64,000 nucleotides of DNA from Chrysomallon squamiferum (taxonomy: Eukaryota; Animalia; Mollusca): assembly GCA_012295275.1 (NCBI GenBank), contig CM022679.1, positions 15,686,001 through 15,750,000 of the forward strand, in the 5' to 3' direction. The translations under genes were made by a program, and so were the position numbers. The notes under the pieces are model-generated. The model ran no database searches. It had not been told where the DNA came from and saw only the letters and a program-made list of their open reading frames with translations. Shown here piece by piece: positions 54,229 to 64,000 of the stretch (the first letter of the stretch is position 1; each line of letters opens with the position of its first letter).

Positions 54229-54965
54229 CACATATACACATACATTTATATATGATAATGTATTAGATATCCTTCTGTTTTTATGTAGTATAGAATAAAG
54301 AAGTGAAAAAGTATAGAATGCTTATTTGGTTTGATGTTTTTGTTCAGAAAATAACCATATGGCTAAGGCAAATTTAAAAAAAAAAAAATGCTTTTGTTTA
54401 ATATTATCACCTTTATGAGGTCAAGATTTTCGGCCGAACTTATTTATTAAATTTAACTGTCACAAAATAAAATCACGTGCACATGTGCGGTTCTCACCAC
54501 CCGGGCTAAACACGGGATCCGCAACTGGGTCACGAAGGCACTGGGACACTACATACATCCTGCTCTTTCTTCTTGCCTGGAATGAACTGGCGCGGTGTCA
54601 AAAATTTTATAATTTCCTTTATTTGAAGCCGAGTTATTCGAAAGATTTCTTTTCGTCAAAGAGCAACGTGGCCGACAGCGTGGTCTCGTCGCGGACTGAC
54701 TTGTTTGCGTGCGCTACGTGCTTTTCATGTCCACAGCATAAACATTTGGAATTTCAATAACTCGATGGAAAAAAGTGTCTATTAATAACTTGTCTATAGA
54801 ATAAGGGAGTATCAGACTTGTTGTTTCTGTGAAATGATTTCTTGTTATTGTTTTGTTTTCTCCCCACGTGGACGTTCTTCAAAGCGAGGGGAAAAAAAAA
54901 AAAATGTCTGACAAGGGATATAACTCGGATATTGTTTACTTATATGTTTTCTTTCAGTCTTTATT

Positions 54966-55016
<51 letters not shown>

Positions 55017-55587
55017 TGGTATGTGGTCATACTGACATATGCGATTTTGTTTTTGTTTTTGTTGTTTTTGTTTTTGTCATTGTTGCTATTTTTGCTATTA
55101 CATAGAAGAAGAAGAAGAAGAAGAAGAAGAAGAAGAAGAAGAAGAAGAAAAAACACCCAAGAAGAAAATTATCATCAAAAGAAAATCCCTCAAGTTACAC
55201 TGAGATTATTTATAATATAAATTATTTATATTTTATTTAATCCCTTTACCCCAAGTTTTTTCCTATAATTTTATGCAAAGTATTTTTTCCCAAAGAAAAT
55301 AATTATTTCAAAAAAAAAAAAAAAATTAAAAAGAATTATTATTTTTTTTTTTTTCTTGATAGATAAACGCAAAATTCTTTAAGAGTTTTAAACCCAATTT
55401 TTTTTTAAAAAAGGTTATTCGTACTAACGTCAATACTTTTAATAAAAATATTTGTATTATAATTTATTTCTGCTGAAATTAATGTAACAAGTTTTACGTT
55501 TTATTTTATTTTATTTTATTATACTTTATTTTGCCTTGTAATATTACATTTTATTTTATTTTATTTTTTCTTACTTTACCTTATCAT

Positions 55588-55623
<36 letters not shown>

Positions 55624-57027
55624 TTGTTTTATTTATTTATTTATTTATTTTAGAATACAGAAAAGTGAAGTATGCTTAAATGAAGTATTTAATTTGTTCT
55701 TTCAAATTTCATTTATAACAAACTGACAAACCAAATTTATCTGATTAACTGCAACTTCAAACTGAAAAGAATAAAGAAGCTAGAAGTAAATTAAAAACGC
55801 AGGAAACGGAATAATAAAAATATAAAGAGGCATTAAAAGAAAGGCTGACAAGAAGCGGTGTCTGTTTGAAGAGAATAACGGTATCTTTGTGACAAATAAC
55901 AGTATCACTCCACGAATTGCTGTAACCGGATTGTCTTCACACCGCGCGTTTAACTAAATCTGAAAACCTTAAGCATAAAATCCAAACGTTTCTTATCTAC
56001 CTTTTAAAGAGATTTGGCGCAAGCTCTTGTAATACAACGGGACCCGATTAACGGTTTCTGGTATCATTAATTTCAATTATAATTATCATTGTCTCTCGCT
56101 TCCATATCAGTATTCTATTGCGCTGAAGATGGCATTAAGTAAGCTCAGAGAACTCGTCAACTTCCAATGCGAATGTATGCATACAAAAGCGGGACCGAAA
56201 CGATAGTTTCCGTTACGTTGTCATTATATTTGTCGGTGAGGATAACGGTTAATCTGTCGTAAGATAATGCAGCACGCATGAACGGGGGAAATGAATGTTG
56301 GGCGATTACTGGTGGAAATTGGCTTTCTACTCATCAGGGGGAATCTCGACTTCTGGGATTACGAGGCCGGTCTTTTTTCCATTTACATAAGCCCCCGCGA
56401 GCAGCGCGCGCTATTAGTGGCTGTTTGATGGTAAACATGCGCGAGGAAACTGTTGACCCTCGCCATCATGGAGAAATAGACAATTCACAAGTCTGTCCCC
56501 GAGATTCCCACTTCGGTCAAGTTTGTCCTTCTGAACAATCTGCCCAAGATTCTTTTGTCTGTCTTGTTACTGGTTACCACCAAGTAGAACATTTTATATA
56601 AACATTTTTTTTTTTTTTTTGTTAAAGGTTTTCTTTTAGTTAGTTTATAAATGAATATATGGGTGCATACGTACACATAAATATAAATATACACACACAT
56701 AGGTATATCTATGAATCTGTCCAACCACGTATCCATCCATCCAAACATCCATTATGACCATAATATATACATAAAGATAAACACAAACACACACACACAC
56801 ACACACAAAAATACAAAATTCATGCAAACGCACATCTTACACAGTGTATATACTTACATCCGGAAATATAAGCATATATCATTAATACATACATATTCAC
56901 CTATAAATATCTCTTCAGTACACATTAATTTTATTTATTTGTATTAGCACTATATGAACCCTGACATAAAATTAAACAATGTTTTTTTTTTTTTTTTTTA
57001 AATTGAAGAACAAAAATAAATAAATAG

Positions 57028-57101
<74 letters not shown>

Positions 57102-58419
57102 AATAAATAAATATAAAATATATAAATAAATAGATAGACAGATAAAGATAGATAATAAAAAAGCTTAAATACAACAGCAACAGTAATAATAAAATAAAGA
57201 GATAAAATAAAAATAAATACATATATAAATAGATACTAGATAGACAGACAGACAGACAGACAGATAGAATAATAAATATTTAAATATATAAATAAACAAG
57301 TAAATAAATAAATAAGCAAACTAACAGCACTATTTGAAAACTTTAAACATTTTGTATTCAGAAACCATCTATCGATTTTACCAGAAAAAAAAAAGAATAA
57401 CAAAACTGAAAGGAAAAAACAAAAAGAAAGAAAATGAAAGGGAAAATGTCAACTGAAGAATCGATAAAATGAAAAGAAAACCAAAATAGAATTTAAACAG
57501 TTGTCTTTAGTTTGTAACGTTTTCCTTATAACTTTGTAAATGTTAACAAAATTCATTTTGGAAACAGAATAAATTATAAAACGGCATGTAAAAAAGTACA
57601 TGTAATGACAGAGATGATGTTGTTATTGTTACCGTTATCATATTCATTGCATTTAATTACGAACGAAAATTTGTCTCAGATTAATTAAATGTGAGTTCAT
57701 TTTGTATGCTTTTCAACTTTAATTAAAGCAGTAATGAAAACATTATTATATATTCACACTTTCAAAACACACTCATAAACACAAACGCGCGTATATAAAC
57801 ATCCATAAATATGGTATGTTTGCCTTATCAAAACAACCACAGTATTATAAATAGCCAAATACCAAACAACATTATTATTATTTTTATTTTTTTATTTTTT
57901 CTCTTTCGAGAAAGTCTTTGCAATTTTGTGTTATCCTGTTTGGATTTTTGGTAAAGCTAAAACCGGGAAAAATCACCACACATTTAGACACAAACATATT
58001 TCTTGAGAAGGCGAACTTGTCAAAAGATTAAGTGAGTAATGGAACTTAACCGGAAGATTAATATCGCTACCAGAGGGCGTTCTTTGGTAATTTCCGGTTT
58101 GGCTATTGCAATCTGACCGGGAATTAATTAATCGTGGTTTCAGCAATGAGAAGTAGTGTGTAATTTGTATGCCAAAGCAACAATCTTATTATGAAGTGTC
58201 TGAATTTCTTCCTGCTCCCATTCCGTTATATACTCCTAGAACTGAGTTATGGGCCAGTTTTGACTTTTTTAGTGCAATAAAGGTCATAGTACTTGACTGT
58301 CTTATAATCTGCAATTTAGCCGAAACCGTAACTCAGAGATCCCAATCTCTGTGATGGTTTAGAGTTTTAAAAATTTTCTTTTTACCGTACGTAAATTGTT
58401 TCCGCTGCAGTTTAGAAAA

Positions 58420-58451
<32 letters not shown>

Positions 58452-59175
58452 AAAAAAAAAGAGGAGGAAAAAGAATAAAGAAGTGAAAAAGTTAAAAACA
58501 AAACAAACAAACATGTCATGGAAGACGACAGTTATGTAACTATGTTAAAATGCTTTCATAATTTCTAACGCTTTATACCTCTTTTTTTTTTTTCAATTTT
58601 TTTTCAAATTTTCCCTCATGTTCATAATTATAAACAGACAAAGAAAGAAATATTTCATAAAACAAAAAATAGTTAATTTGCGAGTATTTATTTGTATATG
58701 CAAAGTGAAAGCATTTTTAAAAACGGGAAAATCTGTTATTTTATTGTTAGTAATGTTAATCAATCAAAAGACTGCAATTACATCACATGATTACCAAGTC
58801 AACAATAAATAAACGATATGGTGTTGTTCTACCCAATCAGTTATTAATTATTGACGAATTAAATGGTCATGCACGTGCACTATTCAAACACATGAAATTA
58901 ATTCGTTCACTGAAGTGATGAAATTGTTTCCGTCGTGAAGAATACCCACGAAAACTGACAAGAAACACACCACAGTAACGTCTATTTATGTTAAATTTAG
59001 TACCGCTGTTGTTTTGTTGCTGTAGTTTTGTTTTGTTTCTGATTTTTGTTGTTTCTTTGTTATTAATGTTTTTGAAAATGATTCAGAATAAACAACTAGA
59101 AAGAAAAATATATATGAAAATAAAAAAATAAAAAAATAAAATAAAAAAATAAAAAATAAATATAATAAAGTAAAA

Positions 59176-59218
<43 letters not shown>

Positions 59219-59557
59219 ACGATGTTTATAAACATTTTGTATTCAGCCGATTTTTTTATATCTAACTTTTAACGACTTTTATTAATTAATTAATTTGTTT
59301 TAGTTAGTTTGTTAGTTACAAAACAAACTTACTTAGTTTTGAAGAAGAATACTAAATATTGTATTTCATAGCAGCCTATGTTTATTTATTTTCTTTCTCT
59401 CTTTACTCCCACAAAATATTTTCTTTCTTTTTAATATTTATATTCAAACTTGTGTTTAATATTACTATTGATTAAGTCGATATTATTATACATTTATTTC
59501 TTCATTAATTCATATGTCTGAATAGCTTTATTACTGTTGTTATTGTTGTTGTTGTTA

Positions 59558-59620
<63 letters not shown>

Positions 59621-59704
59621 GTGGGTTTTTTTATTCAAGTTTCGTTTAAGAAAAATTCTCTTGTGTGAGAATAATCATTTCCAAACCTAGTAAATGATAC
59701 TGCA

Positions 59705-60035
59705 CGAAACTACGTTACGAGATACAGGAGTACGTTACAGCCCTTAGTTAGATACGTTACTAATGGAATGTATGTTACAACCGAATTTACGTTACGGTAC
59801 GAGTTCATCATATTACTGACAGAAAGTATGTTAACAGAGTTTTTTAATAACCAGAATCTTTACTGCATTGTGTACACTACCCGAACTGATTGCTGTTACA
59901 TCACAAGCGTAAACAGTACACACTAGTGTACGTCATCAGAACTATTTCACGTAGTTCTACGTGAGTACGTTACCAGTACAAGCGTACGTACACCTCAACG
60001 TGGGTACACCACAAGAACAAACGTACGTTGCTACA
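59705..60035. repeat. Degenerate ~20-bp-period array of TACGTTAC with divergent spacers
   Basis: TACGTTAC at 59711, 59731, 59753, 59788 and 59966, TATGTTAC at 59771, plus further decayed copies. Confidence 0.7.
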
Positions 60036-61131
60036 AGAAAATGCATTAATGCATGTTTGTACGACATACATGAGTATCCATCTGTCGTGAACCGTTCTTT
60101 TCATTTAACTCTGTCGCGTCCGTATCAAGATGGCGGGGAGAAGCATCGTCTGTTGGGCTAAACATTCTACGCGCTACAACTCATGAGCAGTAAGGCATTT
60201 AATTGTAAATGAAGGATTTGATATTTTTATTCCCGGTGACGGGTCACGCTAAACGAAATTGAAATGTCGAGGGTGCCTTCTCCCCGTCAATAGATCATTA
60301 AACAAGCTGACGCGTGGACTCGAATGGAAAGTTTATTTCAATTTGCACCAACACAAATTTCAATGAAGCAAACGACAGATTTTTTTCTTCTTCTTCTTCT
60401 TCTTGTCAATAGCCGAGCAATTGACATATTGAGATGACCGTGTCCGTATAACTATCACATGTCGCTGTCGACACAAATGTGCAATATATCATAATTAATA
60501 GTCAACCAGTTAACGGCCCTCTCCCAAGGGGACCCCGGTTTGATGTTCGTTTACACGTTATGTTCCCCAACGACTGCTCGCCAAGTTATCACTCTTGGAA
60601 AATTTATAGATTTTCCATTTAAAATGCTTCAATCAGGAACACGCGGCTGGCAAAATGCGATCTGAAAGCGACACTTTAAGACCAGTGACAGAACAAACAA
60701 ATTTGTCTCGCGAAATTAGATACAAGACCACACTCGAGAGACGCTTTTGTTTTTGTTTGTATCTTCATTTCAGCATTTATTTTTTTAAATAGATGATTGT
60801 CATATACTCAGATTTGATGATTTATTTATTTATTTATTTGTTTGTTTGTTTGTTTGTTTGTTTATTTATTTATTTGCATGTTATTGTTGTTTATGTGTAT
60901 AAATATATTTATTATTGTCTGAAAAAAATGTACGTACGTATGTACGTATATATGTCTATATGTACGTATGTGTGTATGTATATTTATCTATGATTTATAT
61001 ATGTAAGTATGCATTTATTTTTGTTATTATGTATGTTCACATCTGTTACATATATCAATTTCAAACCCAACAGGGAAATTTTTTTAATGAAATTAACCAT
61101 AATCTGTACAGTTAATAAATAATTAAAAAAA

Positions 61132-61237
<106 letters not shown>

Positions 61238-61746
61238 TGTTCTAAATATCACCTGAATTTGTTGTAAGAAAACCGCTTATGTCAAAAAAAAGGAATTTCA
61301 ATACCATCATTCAACCTGTTAAAATAAGTTTAACATAACTTTCTAATAATATCTAGTAATAATAATAATAATAATTAAAATTGAAATTTTTTCATTTCAC
61401 TGAATTAAATGCTTTAACCAGCTGTATTATCCACGTATCTAACATATATATATAAAAAGTAAAAATAATCTAATAAGGGAAACTGTAACACGATGCTACC
61501 TATGACACAGTAATCAAAGCAATAAAGTTGAATTATGATCGTGTTTTGAAACGTCTACTAACGAAAGTATCAAGTTCAACACGGTGTCAGTTTTTCACTT
61601 CATGTCGCTTTCTAAACTAACGTTATTGCGCGAGACCAGATCTCTTTCATTGATCACGCGCTGAATTCATCTCCTTTTTCTGAATCTCTTCGATACAAGA
61701 GTAATCCGGATGAGAACATCTGTACAGCTCGGAGTAATACCTCACC

Positions 61747-61750
<4 letters not shown>

Positions 61751-61807
<57 letters not shown>

Positions 61808-61841
61808 CACACGCACACACACACACACAACACACACACAT

Positions 61842-61874
<33 letters not shown>

Positions 61875-61980
61875 CAGACGTACTCACACAGAGACACACA
61901 CACACATACAAACACACACACATACACACACGCACGTACGCACGCACACATACACACACACACACACACATGCACATATA
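61751..61980. repeat. Imperfect (CA)n microsatellite
   Basis: Read directly. Confidence 0.95.
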
Positions 61981-62179
61981 CATGAACCACGCACGTTCAT
62001 AAGCATTTCACCAACACTGGAACAGTGTTTATTTCATTTTATCAAATAATTAAATTACATACTTAAAATACATTACTAATTTTTTTCTTCCTATTGAATT
62101 TGTGAATTTTTCTTTATTCCTTTGTTACGTTCTTTTTTCTTTCGTTCGTTCTCTCTTTATTTTTTCATTCTTTCTTTAT

Positions 62180-62251
<72 letters not shown>

Positions 62252-62565
62252 TTCTAAATATAACATTAATAGATTTGCTGTAACATGACTGTACACATTA
62301 GAAAACGATTCATTAGCACGTCCAACCAATTAATTATGTAAATGTTATTAACGGCAATTAATGTATGTATATATAAATGCAAATATTTATGTAGAAAATA
62401 TTCAGTGAAAACAGATTTCAAGATTTTCTAAATCAAGAATAGAAAAGAAAGAAAACTGGAAGAAAAAGAAAGGAAGGAAGAAATACAGAAAGAAAAGAAG
62501 GGAAAATAAAAGAAGAAAAGAGGGAGCTTAATTTTTAAAATTACCATTGTACACTTTTTCTGAAT

Positions 62566-62601
<36 letters not shown>

Positions 62602-63340
62602 TATTTATTAATTTTACACTTAAGCTGTTACAGTAATAGAATAAAAATGTAGTAAATATTTATACTAGAATTAGCAGTGATACTAATATTATTATTTTAA
62701 ATATTGTAACAAAAAATAATGAAATAAAAGGCAATTAAGAATTACCAGTACAACATGAATATAAGACATATGGTGTTTCAAGCCATATAGCTGAAGCAAA
62801 AAACAAAATATACAACAACAACTTATGGATTATATGTCGCTCTTTGAAATTTATGTAAAATTTTAAAAATATGATAATAAATGAATAAAAAAAAGATATT
62901 AAACAGTTCCGTTATTTGAATAAAAGAATGCTTGTTAATATCAAAAGAAAAATAACAATGCAGCGCTCGTATATCATGGTTGTCACTAGTTTAATATTAA
63001 ATGAAGATAATTGTAAAGGAAATTAAAATAATGAGGAAGAAGTCTGTTCTGGTAATTAGAAACATAAATATCTCATTGTTCGAGATACTGAATACAGTTT
63101 GACAACATAGTAAATGAGATATCGGGACGTTCAGTAAATATGCTAATTAGGGGAAATCATCTGCTGCTCGCGGTCTGGATGCTTTAGGAAGAGATTTCTT
63201 GATAAACAGAGCACTTTAATGCTCGTCTTTGTTGACATTTTGGTAGAAGAAAAACAATTACAAGATATTTATTTATATAGTCATTTATTTATTTATTTAT
63301 TTATTTTTTTTATTTATTTTTTTATTAAATAATAATGATA

Positions 63341-63398
<58 letters not shown>

Positions 63399-64000
63399 TT
63401 GTATCGTTATTCATTTTCTATTAATCTCGATCTTTAAAAGCATTTTTTTAAAACAGAATTCAAAGTTATCAGTTCAATATTTTTCAGTGTAATTTCTTCT
63501 CATTTTATTTGATCTGATTCTAAAGTCAAACATATAAAACACAATTGATAATAAATAAACCTCATAAAAACTTTATTCTGTAAACAAATGTGCGCACAAT
63601 ACACACACTAAAACATGTATTTTTAAAATTAATTTTAGTCTATAGGTTTTTAATGTTATCTGCTTAGAAAATTATCTACGACAAAATTTCTGAGGACAAA
63701 ACAAAATCTTAAAGAACACTGTTTATTTTATTTAGATATTACATTTACCCTGCATTTAATATGGTATAAAAATGTCGCTGTTACATAATATTCTTTAAAC
63801 AAAAATGTAATATGACAGCAAATATAACACAGTGCGAAATAAAGTTTAAAATATTGCCTATGTTTGCAAATTACTGCTACAGAGATATCCCTCTATGTAT
63901 ATACTTTTGAATTATATTTGAGAAAATCTTGGAAAGATTTTTTGTCATAAACTGTTAATACCACGGCATATAGAAACACGCCTATGAAATCCGGAACATA

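Noticed and set aside
59705-60035. CRISPR array interpretation of the TACGTTAC repeats
   Set aside because: The context is an intron-containing animal locus, the repeats are only 8 bp with ~12-bp spacers, and there are no cas genes.

Overview
This is AT-rich, microsatellite-dense animal genomic DNA, most likely lophotrochozoan or molluscan (inferred, not proven). It holds one clear protein-coding gene: a complete three-exon Pitx (PRD-class, K50 homeodomain plus C-terminal OAR motif) on the minus strand. The CDS is complement(join(8281..8829,20120..20325,26931..27129)), 954 nt or 317 aa, with canonical GT-AG introns of 6.6 kb and 11.3 kb whose phases match. The rest is non-coding: a candidate promoter near 27.5-27.7 kb, a candidate 3' UTR of about 3 kb, and about 37 kb upstream with no recognisable gene. 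In that stretch, islands of complex sequence (putative enhancers) alternate with simple-repeat tracts. Nearly all other ORFs in the track are microsatellite artefacts. The most notable oddities are a near-perfect 181-bp inverted duplication embedded in microsatellites with a second, near-concentric small inverted repeat, and recurrent TGTGGATTA FoxH/K50 composite sites (one beside a Smad box in the last intron). Also notable are a periodic Forkhead-site array in intron 1, a 45-codon uORF ending just before the Pitx ATG, CTCF-like motifs, and let-7/miR-125/miR-96 seed sites in the 3' UTR. All regulatory calls are motif-level inferences.
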